Shown here: positions 38,880 to 48,475 of the stretch, piece by piece
Numbering within the stretch: position 1 is the first letter of the stretch
How the letters are laid out: each line of letters opens with the position of its first letter
Assembly: GCA_964456285.1 (NCBI GenBank)
Contig: CAYWBC010000014.1
Location: 1 to 64,000, forward strand
Direction of reading: 5' to 3'
Length of the DNA: 64,000 nucleotides
From: an uncultured Bacteroidales bacterium
GTDB taxonomy: Bacteria > Bacteroidota > Bacteroidia > Bacteroidales > UBA10428
Translations under genes and position numbers: made by a program
Notes under the pieces: generated by a model
The model's input: the letters and a program-made list of their open reading frames with translations, nothing else
The model's database searches: none
Told to the model about the DNA's origin: nothing

Positions 38880-40412
38880 TTAAAGTTCACAAAAAATTCC
38901 ATCATTTGTCAAATTTTTGCAAGGATATCTCCAACTTAAATATTTCCCTTCAATTAACTCATCTGCTTCTTTTGGCCCCCATGTTCCTGATGGATATCCG
39001 CAAAGAATATTGTTGTTGTCTGTTTTCCAATACTCAAGAATCGGATCTATAAATCTCCACGCTTCTTCAACTGCATCGCCACGTGTAAAAAGTGTTGCAT
39101 CTCCATTCATGCAATCCAGTAAAAGTCTCTGGTAAGCCTCCGGAACTTTTTTATCGCCTAAATCAGAATAATGAAAATCCATGTTCACTTCCTGAACACG
39201 AAAACCTGCACCGGGCACCTTCATTCCAAACTTTAGCAATATACCCTCATCAGGTTGAATGCGTATCACCAATTGATTGTCGCTGTTCATATGCATTTCG
39301 TCAAAGCAAAATAATTTGTGGGGTGTAGGTTTAAAATGAATAACAGCCTCCGTAACCCTTGTAGGCAGTCTTTTGCCAGTTCGAATATAAAATGGTACAC
39401 CACCCCATCTCCAGTTTTCGATGAACATTTTAAGAGCAACAAAGGTCTCTGTCCGTGATTCAGGATTAACACCTTTTTCTTCCCGATATCCATTCAATTT
39501 ATTCCCGCGAAAAGTTGAAGCGCCATATTGCCCTCGCACAACCTGATTGTTAATATCATTCCTATTTAAGGGTTTAAATGACTGGAATACTTTAAGCGTT
39601 TCATTTCTTATAGCAGTAGGATCATTCACTGAGGGAGGTTCCATGGCAATAAGTGCCGTAATTTGCAGCAAATGGTTTTGAATCATATCTCTCAGCGCAC
39701 CGGAATTTTCGTAGTACCCTCCCCTGCTTTCAACTCCAATGCTTTCTGCTGAGGTTATCTCAACATGATGGATATAATTCCGGTTCCATAAAGGTTCAAA
39801 TATTCCATTTGAAAACCGTGTAACCATAACATTCTGCACCGTTTCCTTGCCAAGATAGTGGTCGATACGAAAGATCTGATCTTCATCAAAAAACTTAAGG
39901 AGTTTCTTATTTAATTCTTTTGCTGATTTAAGATCCGCACCAAAAGGTTTTTCAACAACAATTCTGCTCCAGGCTTGATTTTGCTGATTATTCAATTTAT
40001 GATTTGCAAGAGCTTCAGAAATAATTTCATAGAGGGAGGGTGGAGTTGCTAAATAGAAAATATAGTTATTTGATAGATTTTCCTTTACTGATAACTCATC
40101 CAATTTTGTTTTGAGTACAATATATCTCTCAATACTACTGGTGTCAAGAGAAACATAATGGAGCAATTCTATGAAACTCTTAAAATATTTTGAGTCATAC
40201 AGGTTTTTATCAATGTATTTTGGCAATTCTTCTTCCGCCTTTTTCCGAAATGAAACATCATCTAACTCAGTTCTTCCAACGCCAATTATGGAATACTTTT
40301 CAGGCAAGAGGTTCTTGCAAAAAAGTTCAAATAAGGCAGGCAATAATTTCCTCTTGGTTAAATCTCCCGATGCTCCAAAAATTACTAAAATATGATCTAC
40401 TGGCTTTTCCAT
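38880..40412 (-). CDS. zwf: glucose-6-phosphate 1-dehydrogenase
   Basis: The active-site motif RIDHYLGKE is present with an NAD(P)-binding N-terminus GASGDLTKRKL. Length is 510 aa. Confidence 0.95.
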   Translation of the reverse strand: MEKPVDHILVIFGASGDLTKRKLLPALFELFCKNLLPEKYSIIGVGRTELDDVSFRKKAEEELPKYIDKNLYDSKYFKSFIELLHYVSLDTSSIERYIVLKTKLDELSVKENLSNNYIFYLATPPSLYEIISEALANHKLNNQQNQAWSRIVVEKPFGADLKSAKELNKKLLKFFDEDQIFRIDHYLGKETVQNVMVTRFSNGIFEPLWNRNYIHHVEITSAESIGVESRGGYYENSGALRDMIQNHLLQITALIAMEPPSVNDPTAIRNETLKVFQSFKPLNRNDINNQVVRGQYGASTFRGNKLNGYREEKGVNPESRTETFVALKMFIENWRWGGVPFYIRTGKRLPTRVTEAVIHFKPTPHKLFCFDEMHMNSDNQLVIRIQPDEGILLKFGMKVPGAGFRVQEVNMDFHYSDLGDKKVPEAYQRLLLDCMNGDATLFTRGDAVEEAWRFIDPILEYWKTDNNNILCGYPSGTWGPKEADELIEGKYLSWRYPCKNLTNDGIFCEL

Positions 40413-40424
40413 GAAAAGTGCTGA

Positions 40425-42653
40425 TTATTTAATTTCCCTAATGTGTGAGGCATTAACAAACAAAATATCACCCATATCATTGTAGTCAGAAAAAATATCT
40501 TTATCATGCTTCAATGCTTCCTCCCTAAACCCAATCACTGTAAGTCCTGCTTCCTTTGACCTTTCAGAAATAATATTCTTATGGTTTTCATCTTCTTCCA
40601 TTTTAATAATCTCAATGTTTTTTGGCGATATAGGCAGCCGTCCGCTTTGCAAAATTTCAGTAAGTTTTTCTTTCATTTCTTCTGCCTGATCCGTTCTTGT
40701 AATTTCAAAAATTTTAATTTTTCCTTTTTTCCAATCAGGATGTCCTAACATAATATAGCTAAGCAATATCATAAGATTTGAGTTCTCATAATCCAGGCTT
40801 CTGATCCATACATGTATTCCATGTTTGTGAATAATTTTCTGGCGTGTTGAAGCCAAAATACAAACATCCAATTTTGCAGCTTTGGCCAGGGATACATTTT
40901 CAATAATTTGCTGAACTCCCTTTTCATTTTCCTTATCAAATTCAAAAAGTATCATGTTATTAGCCATTCCTGATACACCTGGTAACTGAACAGTCTGAGC
41001 AATTGCGGATGTATATGATGGAGAGATAAGTGTATCCATAAAAGCATTATTATTACCACCAGACAGTTCTATGAGTTTCTCAAGAATTTTCGATGATTCA
41101 TGATTTGTACTAGTAGAAAAATAATCTTCTATAAGGTGTATATATGTACCAAATCCATATCTGTCAGATATCCAACCTAGCAATTGTAATGCTTTGTCGT
41201 TATCGAAAGTTCGTTTTGAAACACAAACAACAGATGGCCTCCACCGTTCAGAACTATCGTCCTTTTTCTTTTTCTGCATGTATACTTGTATATTCCGGCT
41301 AAGTTGAAAAATTGCACCCTGAAAGATTCCTGCCATACCTCCTCTGTCTTTATGAAAGTAACTAACAATCATATACAGAATTACCATGGCAATAAAAGCC
41401 ATCATGGCATAATAAGGTTGCATCTTAAACATCAGCCAGGTACAAATAAAAAAACCTAGCAATGATAAATACCAGCGAGATTTGAATACAGGGCGATAAG
41501 ATGGATCAGCACCAAAATGATATAGAAAAGAAATGAGGCAAATGGAGCCATAAGTAACCATGAAAAACATGGAAATAATTTGAGCTACAAAGTCTACTCC
41601 TCCAATAAAAACAAACACAAATGCAATAAGTGCTGTAAAAAAGGTCGCATTGAAAGGTTCTTTTGTACTGCCTCTTCCTCTTGCCATTAGTTTATTTAAA
41701 CCCCTAATAGGCAGGGAATCATCAATTGCCAGGGCTTGCAATGTTCGAGGTGCAACCATAATTGATCCTATTGCCGATGAGATAGTAGACGCTGCCAATC
41801 CCAGGGGAATTATTATGGGCCCAAACAATGCAATTTTACTCATTATAAACTGATCGTTTGCCAGATCATCTGGTGAAGCGGACGTAGCTAGTTTATAAGT
41901 AATAAAACAATAAATTATCATTCCCAATACTGTAGCAAGTGTAGTACCCATTGGAATAGACCTGCTCGGATTTTTTAAATCTCCGGAAAGCCCAACTCCT
42001 GCGGTCATACCGGTAAAGGCAGGAAAAATAATGGCAAATACAACGAAAAACGAAGCATTTATGTCCCCTATTCTGAATGAGAGAAGGTTGGGCTCAAATA
42101 CTTCGCTATAGCTAGTCTTTCCAAGAAAGAATAATACCAAACTGGCAGCGAGAACAGCCACAACGATATACAAGGTTTTCACACCCATATTGGCGCCCTT
42201 TTTGAGCATTATATAGGATAAAATAAGCATACTCGGAACACTAACTAAACGGCGTGCCCAGGCTTCATCCATTGCAAGCTTACTCAATAAAGGAGTAAAG
42301 GCTTCAGTAAATGCAATGACATAAAAAGCTACGCTGATAGCTTGTGATAGATACAGGGCTATGCCAATAGTTGCACCAATATTCAATCCAAATGATCTGC
42401 TAATTATAAAGTATTCACCTCCACCCTCTACACGCTGATTTGTTGCAAGCTCGGATATAGCAAGAGCGGTTGGTATTGTGACCAAATGGCCAAGAAATAT
42501 AATACCCAGAGTTCCGATGAAACCCAGCATTCCAACTGCATAACCAAACCGGAGAAAAAGTATAGCACCAAGAATGGTTGAAATAGCTGTAAAAAAAACT
42601 GGTGCTGTGCCAAAGCCTTTTGAATTAGTAGAATTGCTCATGTTGAATTTCAA
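40425..42653 (-). CDS. APC-superfamily permease of the cation-chloride cotransporter (SLC12)-like type with large C-terminal cytoplasmic domain
   Basis: About 12 TM helices with AA_permease-like motifs are followed by a roughly 300-aa soluble C-terminal domain. Total length is 742 aa. Confidence 0.7.
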   Translation of the reverse strand: MKFNMSNSTNSKGFGTAPVFFTAISTILGAILFLRFGYAVGMLGFIGTLGIIFLGHLVTIPTALAISELATNQRVEGGGEYFIISRSFGLNIGATIGIALYLSQAISVAFYVIAFTEAFTPLLSKLAMDEAWARRLVSVPSMLILSYIMLKKGANMGVKTLYIVVAVLAASLVLFFLGKTSYSEVFEPNLLSFRIGDINASFFVVFAIIFPAFTGMTAGVGLSGDLKNPSRSIPMGTTLATVLGMIIYCFITYKLATSASPDDLANDQFIMSKIALFGPIIIPLGLAASTISSAIGSIMVAPRTLQALAIDDSLPIRGLNKLMARGRGSTKEPFNATFFTALIAFVFVFIGGVDFVAQIISMFFMVTYGSICLISFLYHFGADPSYRPVFKSRWYLSLLGFFICTWLMFKMQPYYAMMAFIAMVILYMIVSYFHKDRGGMAGIFQGAIFQLSRNIQVYMQKKKKDDSSERWRPSVVCVSKRTFDNDKALQLLGWISDRYGFGTYIHLIEDYFSTSTNHESSKILEKLIELSGGNNNAFMDTLISPSYTSAIAQTVQLPGVSGMANNMILFEFDKENEKGVQQIIENVSLAKAAKLDVCILASTRQKIIHKHGIHVWIRSLDYENSNLMILLSYIMLGHPDWKKGKIKIFEITRTDQAEEMKEKLTEILQSGRLPISPKNIEIIKMEEDENHKNIISERSKEAGLTVIGFREEALKHDKDIFSDYNDMGDILFVNASHIREIK

Positions 42654-42770
42654 ATTTGCATAAGCTAATTTATGAATTCGGACTTCATCTAAAAATTTTT
42701 TCAGAGAATGATTAAATATTTAATCAACAATATATCTTTTGATCTATATTTATGGTGAAATTTATAATTT

Positions 42771-44237
42771 ATGAGAAGAAGCTCTGAACTATTGGTAAAA
42801 AGAACATCTATATTATTCTGCTTTTTTAGTTTAATAGCATACACAGCATATTCTCAGACTGTTGATACTCTAAGTGTTGCAACAGATAGTATTGCTTCCT
42901 CAACAATTGATACATCAGATTATTATCCTGGAGATGTCAGTTTTAATCTTATTGTTGCTGCCAGTAATGGCTTTGATAAGGAAGTTCTGAGGTTGCTGAA
43001 CAAAGGAGCAGATATAAATGCTGAAACAACTGAAGGTGTTACAGCTCTTATGTATGCAGTACAAAACGGATACGAAAATGTAGTGAAAATTCTTTTACTC
43101 AATGGTGCTGATCCGGATTTAAAACCTTATAAGGGCCCCCCTGCACTCACCCTTGCCACCTGTAATAACGATGCTGCCATTTCTGAATTGTTGATTCGGA
43201 AGGGTGCTGATATTAATCTACAGGATTATGATGGTAAAACTGCATTGATGCATGCCACCGCATTGGGTAATATTCAAATGGTTGATTTACTAATTTATTA
43301 TGAAACTCGTGTTAATTCTGCTGACAAAAATGGCATTACCGCGCTGATGATTGCAAGTTATAATGGTTTCGTGGATATTGCGAAACTCCTTATTGCTAAT
43401 AAGGCAACATTAGAAAAAACAGATTTGAACGGATTTACGGCGCTGCACTATGCAACGCAAAACAATCATAAAGAAATAATTGAATTTCTTGTTTCACAGG
43501 GCGTAAATGTTGAAAAAAAGAATTTTGCCGGCTATTCTCCTCTATCTGTTGCAGTGCTAAACAACAACAATGAATTAACCGAATATTATATTCAGGAAGG
43601 AGCAAATGTTAATTCCAAGATTTCAAATGCTTACAAGCCTTTGAATCTAGCGAAGAAAAATAAAAATGATACAATCATTGATCTCCTGAAAGAAAAGAAT
43701 GCTAAATCAGCGTACCTCCCGTCATTTGATTACGGATCAATAAATTTCGATTTCAGTTTAAGTCCAAATGACTTTCTTCTTGGAGGAGGGATTGGATTGC
43801 ACGATACAAAATATGGGCTTAGTTCGAACCTGGGATTTGTGACCAGGATTCTTGCTACCGAGATATTAGAGGGTGCAGGTAATGACTTGTACTACCAGTA
43901 CTGGGAAAGAAGATCTTATTTCTATTTGAACCTTATGGAACGTCTTCCGGTATATTCATGGGCAAAGGATCATTGGTTTGGATTTGGCCTGGGTGGCCAG
44001 GTACTTTATACCTGGGGTAGTTACAGGGGTTCTGAAGAGAAGCCCGATAATCGGTTTATGTTATCACCTCAGATTGCTGCATATGCCCGGTTAAAACAGT
44101 TTGTTTTTTCCTTCAAGTATGAATATGTCAATTTTAAGGTGGAAGGATTATCACCCCATAGGTTTATTTTTGGCTTGCATTTCCTGATTCCGGGAAAAAG
44201 AATTCAACAACCTGTCTATAAAGAAATCATTTACTAA
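42771..44237 (+). CDS. secreted ankyrin-repeat protein with C-terminal beta-barrel-like domain
   Basis: After the signal peptide there are about 8 ankyrin repeats (TALMYAVQNGYENVVKILLLNGADPD...). The C-terminal 170 aa have alternating-hydrophobic strands ending ...IFGLHFLIPGKR. Confidence 0.8.
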   Translation: MRRSSELLVKRTSILFCFFSLIAYTAYSQTVDTLSVATDSIASSTIDTSDYYPGDVSFNLIVAASNGFDKEVLRLLNKGADINAETTEGVTALMYAVQNGYENVVKILLLNGADPDLKPYKGPPALTLATCNNDAAISELLIRKGADINLQDYDGKTALMHATALGNIQMVDLLIYYETRVNSADKNGITALMIASYNGFVDIAKLLIANKATLEKTDLNGFTALHYATQNNHKEIIEFLVSQGVNVEKKNFAGYSPLSVAVLNNNNELTEYYIQEGANVNSKISNAYKPLNLAKKNKNDTIIDLLKEKNAKSAYLPSFDYGSINFDFSLSPNDFLLGGGIGLHDTKYGLSSNLGFVTRILATEILEGAGNDLYYQYWERRSYFYLNLMERLPVYSWAKDHWFGFGLGGQVLYTWGSYRGSEEKPDNRFMLSPQIAAYARLKQFVFSFKYEYVNFKVEGLSPHRFIFGLHFLIPGKRIQQPVYKEIIY

Positions 44238-44659
44238 TGCAAAAAGTTATTGTTTTTATAAGTCTGTTACTAACCCTGTTCCTTTTCACTGTATGTGAGG
44301 AAAAAGTATTTACCGGGGATGTAGATTGTTACGATTGCTTTACAATTAAACCTGATTCAGTTGATCTGATTATTCGTTGGACAAAAAATGAAGATTATCC
44401 TGAAATTCCTGTTGTATTGTTTGGAGGAAAGGTTGATCAGGGAGTACTCATTGATACTTTTTATTGTTTTGAAGATCCTGCATACATCTGGGTTAAGGCA
44501 GATGCTGAATATTCTGCCAAGGCGATTTATGAATCAGTTGACAGGACAGTAGTTGTTGTAGATGGAACCAAACAGAAGCTCAAAACTGTATCGGAGGCAT
44601 GCGATGAACCTTGCTGGGTTGCTACCGATGCCGAACTCTTCCTTAAATTGAAGTTCTGA
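44237..44659 (+). CDS. hypothetical lipoprotein, translationally coupled to the ankyrin gene (TAATG)
   Basis: A signal plus ...FTVCEE lipobox-like motif is present. Length is 140 aa. Confidence 0.45.
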   Translation: MQKVIVFISLLLTLFLFTVCEEKVFTGDVDCYDCFTIKPDSVDLIIRWTKNEDYPEIPVVLFGGKVDQGVLIDTFYCFEDPAYIWVKADAEYSAKAIYESVDRTVVVVDGTKQKLKTVSEACDEPCWVATDAELFLKLKF

Positions 44660-44711
44660 AAAAAATCCAGTTAAAGTTTCAACAGGATTATTAATTCCTG
44701 AAAGAAGTATA

Positions 44712-45125
44712 TTATTGTACCAGCAAGATATCAATTACAGAATTCCCAAGTTTATTATCCCTGAACCTCACCAATAAATCATAAAATCCGGTTTTGTTGC
44801 AGACAAAACCTGTCTTATCATAGTATTTATCCTGAGCCAGGTTGGTCAATATAAGTATGTCTGCATCCATTAGTTCAACCACAGCCTCGCCAACATAATC
44901 ATCTATATGGTTCGCAATTCTGAACACATATTTTGATCCCTTGTTTAGCTTTAATGTCATAAAATACTCGTTCTCATAATCAATGTCACTTACTTCATCA
45001 AGCCTAAATTCTACTTGTTTAATGAAAATCTCTTTCTGGGCAGAGAGATGGAATGCATTTCCCAAAAGCAATACTGCAATTATCGTCCGTCTTATCAATT
45101 TCATTATCAAAGTTTTAATGTACAA
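44712..45125 (-). CDS. hypothetical secreted protein
   Basis: 137 aa with a signal peptide. Confidence 0.4.
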   Translation of the reverse strand: MYIKTLIMKLIRRTIIAVLLLGNAFHLSAQKEIFIKQVEFRLDEVSDIDYENEYFMTLKLNKGSKYVFRIANHIDDYVGEAVVELMDADILILTNLAQDKYYDKTGFVCNKTGFYDLLVRFRDNKLGNSVIDILLVQ

Positions 45126-45175
45126 AGTTAAGAGATAATTTAGTGCAGAAGACCAGATAACTGATTATCTGCTTT

Positions 45176-45955
45176 TTAATTGGCTTTATTATCCAGCCAT
45201 GTAAATTTAGTATCAAACAAAATTAGCCGGGCATGTTCAGAAACACGTTTTACATCTGAACTACCTAGCCTAACAATCTCTTTTGAAATATTGTCGATAT
45301 AATAGTCTTTTGTCAAGCCTTCACACTTTGTTGTTCCATTTCGTAAATAAAACAGAGCTTTCACCTGTCTTTTCTCATCAAAACTCTTTAAGCCATCAAG
45401 CAATGCTTCAAGACGGGTCCAATCTTTCGATTCATTTTCCCACCATTTTTTAGCATTTTTCACACTCAGGCTTTGAATAATCCCTCTCAGCTCAGCATAG
45501 CTGCTGGTCTCGAGTTTTTTCCTATTGGTTGTATTGTTGTAATAATCCGGAAAAGTAAGCTTAATAAATCCTATCAATTCATCGTCTGATAACTGATAAC
45601 CAGAAAAACCAAAATTATTAAAACTCATTTCTTCAAGAATCCAGCCTGCTCTGATCGAAAGATTATCAATGTCGTAGTCAACAATTTGCCCATGTCCAAA
45701 AAACTTCTCTGCTCCCGGATAAATCAGAGATCCTGTATTCTGAAGTTTCACTACTTCATCTCTGTCAAGTAATTTGATAATATCAGGAATTGCAGCTTTT
45801 CCTACATTTTCAAGTTGTTCTTTCGCAGCTTTTACCTTTGTCCAATCATCTGAAGTAAAATCATCAATAAGTTGATTAACGCTAGTCTGAGCAAATAAAA
45901 ATGAATATAGAAAAACACCAATGGCTGTTGTAAAAATAAATCTTCGATTTCTCAT
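45176..45955 (-). CDS. hypothetical secreted protein (possible HEAT/ARM-like N-terminal repeats)
   Basis: 259 aa with a signal peptide. An AKEQLENVGKAAIPDIIKLL helical-repeat-like segment is present. Confidence 0.45.
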   Translation of the reverse strand: MRNRRFIFTTAIGVFLYSFLFAQTSVNQLIDDFTSDDWTKVKAAKEQLENVGKAAIPDIIKLLDRDEVVKLQNTGSLIYPGAEKFFGHGQIVDYDIDNLSIRAGWILEEMSFNNFGFSGYQLSDDELIGFIKLTFPDYYNNTTNRKKLETSSYAELRGIIQSLSVKNAKKWWENESKDWTRLEALLDGLKSFDEKRQVKALFYLRNGTTKCEGLTKDYYIDNISKEIVRLGSSDVKRVSEHARLILFDTKFTWLDNKAN

Positions 45956-46139
45956 GTTATTTGATTTTCATTAAATACTGCCTGTCATAAAATTAATAAA
46001 AAAATAAAAATACTCAACTATTTGAAGTATTCTGACAGATAATGATAAATAAGATTAACAAGTTATTTAATTGATGCAATTAATTCTTATTTGAAACAGT
46101 TATATCTTTGCAGGTAATTTCTTATTGTTTTCAAAACAA

Positions 46140-46298
46140 ATGCTTCGAAAAACCAGTGTCTATATTCTCATTTTATGTGCCTTCTTTCTTTATTCGTGCA
46201 ATACAAGCTATCACAGTTCAAAGAAAAAGAAAGGAGAACCGTGTGATTGTCCTAAAAAAACCAAGGTAAGCAAGAATAAAACATACAGACACAAGTGA
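46140..46298 (+). CDS. possible small Cys-rich, Lys-rich lipoprotein (52 aa)
   Basis: The ORF begins at an ATG (MLRKTSVYILILCAFFLYSC...GEPCDCPKK...). It is below the ORF-track size cut-off, and the call rests only on the signal/lipobox pattern. Confidence 0.3.
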   Translation: MLRKTSVYILILCAFFLYSCNTSYHSSKKKKGEPCDCPKKTKVSKNKTYRHK

Positions 46299-46379
46299 TT
46301 TCTTAGTCCTATTATACTGTATTTCCCAATCAATTCAATAAATTAGCATTTCTATTTAAAAACCCATAATTCTAAACTG

Positions 46380-46706
46380 ATGAGATACCTTTTTTTAGTA
46401 GGTTCAATCCTGATTTTAGCTGCTTGTGCTCAGCAAAGTAATAAATCTGAAGCAAACAAAGAGTTTATTGATTCAACCAATCTTGTAACTTATATCATTG
46501 ATGTGAATGGAATGACCTGTGAAGGATGTGAGAATACCATTTCAAAAGGTGTAGGATCTATTGATGGCATTTTAGAAATAAGTGCATCACATATTGATTC
46601 TTCGGCTTTTGTGGTATTTGATTCCACTTTAGTAAATATCGAACAGATTGTTGCAAAGATTGGTGAAATTGGATATGAAGTAAAAGGGGTTTGGATTAAA
46701 CTTTAA
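46380..46706 (+). CDS. heavy-metal-associated (HMA) domain lipoprotein, copper-chaperone-like
   Basis: A signal plus LAACAQ lipobox is present. The GMTCEGCENTISKGV motif is a GMTCxxC HMA metal-binding site. Confidence 0.75.
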   Translation: MRYLFLVGSILILAACAQQSNKSEANKEFIDSTNLVTYIIDVNGMTCEGCENTISKGVGSIDGILEISASHIDSSAFVVFDSTLVNIEQIVAKIGEIGYEVKGVWIKL

Positions 46707-46989
46707 ATTAGAATAGTTTTAAATTAAATTTATATAGATTGATTGATAATATCGTTTAAGGGTAATGACCAATTTAAACATATTATTATCAATTGTTTAT
46801 AATCACAATGCAGACTGATAAAGTGATTTAATTTTGCTTGATATATTAATAAACTCCGTAAGAATAATTTTAATGCATTTTAAATTATCCTTAGTGTGGG
46901 GAAAAAGTTTTTGTTAAGCAAAACTTTCACTAAATTGCGCCGCTGTTATAAAAATAACAATAAAAATATCCATATAAAACACAGTAACA

Positions 46990-47604
46990 ATGCAGAGTAA
47001 ACTTCAGGAACTTACTGAGAAGATCTTTCAGGAAGGTGTTGAAAAAGGAAATGCTGAGGCAGAACAAATTTTAGAATCAGCAAATTCTGAGGCCAAAGAA
47101 ATTGTCGAAAAGGCAAAGAAAGATGCTGATAATATTCTTAAAGATGCACAGAAGAAAGCAGCTGAAATAAAAACCAATACCGAATCAGAGATTAAACTCT
47201 CTGGTAAACAGTCGCTAAATGCTCTAAAGCAGCAAATAGTTGATATAGTTAACAGTGAAATTACTTCAGCTACCATTAAGGATGCATTCAACGATAAAGA
47301 CTTTATTAAGAAAATCATCGAAACTTTATTGTCCAGTTGGGCAAGTTCCGGTCAAAGCATGGATCTGGCATTGCTTCTTCCTGAGAAGGATGAAAAAAAT
47401 CTGAGTGAGTTTTTTAAGAAAGAAGCTAAAAAATACCTCGATAAGGGAGTGACTGTTAATTTCGATTCAACTTTAAAAGATGGTTTTCAACTCGGACCGA
47501 AAGATGGAGGTTACAAAGTATCCTTCACTGAGGAAGATTTTATTAATTTCTTCAAACAATACCTGCGTCCTAAACTAATAAAAATCCTCTTTAGCGCAGA
47601 ATAG
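46990..47604 (+). CDS. V-type ATP synthase subunit E
   Basis: A long N-terminal helix with the Lys/Glu pattern typical of V/A-type subunit E. It is the first gene of a contiguous V-ATPase cluster. Confidence 0.75.
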   Translation: MQSKLQELTEKIFQEGVEKGNAEAEQILESANSEAKEIVEKAKKDADNILKDAQKKAAEIKTNTESEIKLSGKQSLNALKQQIVDIVNSEITSATIKDAFNDKDFIKKIIETLLSSWASSGQSMDLALLLPEKDEKNLSEFFKKEAKKYLDKGVTVNFDSTLKDGFQLGPKDGGYKVSFTEEDFINFFKQYLRPKLIKILFSAE

Positions 47605-47606
47605 AT

Positions 47607-48461
47607 ATGAGTAAACAACACCATTATCTGGTTGCCGGATTGCCTGATATATTTATTGATGATAAGAAATTGTCATTTGATTCAGTAGAGTTTCGCGACT
47701 TACTGGCTGATTTTCTGTCATCTGAAGAACTGAGCATCATAAAGTTATTTTTCTGGCGCTATGATAATGATAATGTATTGGCAAAACTTCTCAATAAGGA
47801 TAGTAAAATAAGTAATAAAGGCAACCTGGATGAGCAGGATATTGAAGAATTAATGATGGCTGTCAAAGAGGGTTCATTCAGTGAAAAACTCTCTGGAGTG
47901 CCAGAGTATTTTGGAAAATTTATCGAAGCTTTTAAAAATGAAACTCCAATAATAAATGGTAAAAGATGGGAGTTGCAATTGTCAGAGCTCTATTATAAAT
48001 ATGCAATTTCTAATTCCAATGCTTTTATTTCTAAGTGGTTTCAATTTGAGAGTGATTTGAATAATTTACTAACAGCTTCAAAATGTAAAAAATATGATGT
48101 TCCGATAGAAGGTCAACTGATCGGTTCAGGAGATCTTGTTGATAAACTAACTCGCAGCAGTTCAAAAGACTTTGGTCTCGATAATGAATTTCCTTTTCTC
48201 GATCAGATTTTAAAAGCATTGGATGAAAATGATTTTCTGGAACAGGAAAAAAAGATTGACCGTATTAAATGGGATTATCTCGATGATGAGGTGTTTTTCC
48301 ACTATTTCACCATTGAAAAAATATTTTCCTTTCTGATTCAGCTTACAATAGTTGAGCGATGGCTTTCTCTAGATAAGGAAACTGGTCAGGAATTATTTAA
48401 TGAATTAATAAATAACCTGGAAGCATCGTATGAGTTTCCTGAAGAATTTCAGTTAAAATAA
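47607..48461 (+). CDS. DUF2764-family protein of Bacteroidetes V-ATPase operons (putative subunit C/d analog)
   Basis: Position is second in the operon. Size is about 284 aa, as expected for this family. Confidence 0.55.
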   Translation: MSKQHHYLVAGLPDIFIDDKKLSFDSVEFRDLLADFLSSEELSIIKLFFWRYDNDNVLAKLLNKDSKISNKGNLDEQDIEELMMAVKEGSFSEKLSGVPEYFGKFIEAFKNETPIINGKRWELQLSELYYKYAISNSNAFISKWFQFESDLNNLLTASKCKKYDVPIEGQLIGSGDLVDKLTRSSSKDFGLDNEFPFLDQILKALDENDFLEQEKKIDRIKWDYLDDEVFFHYFTIEKIFSFLIQLTIVERWLSLDKETGQELFNELINNLEASYEFPEEFQLK

Positions 48462-48475
48462 TTAAGTAACACAAT

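Noticed and set aside
46707-46989. Bacteroidetes-type promoter for the V-ATPase operon
   Set aside because: A TAATTTTG -7-like element occurs near 46836, but no TTTG -33 element is at the expected spacing. I could not place a promoter confidently.
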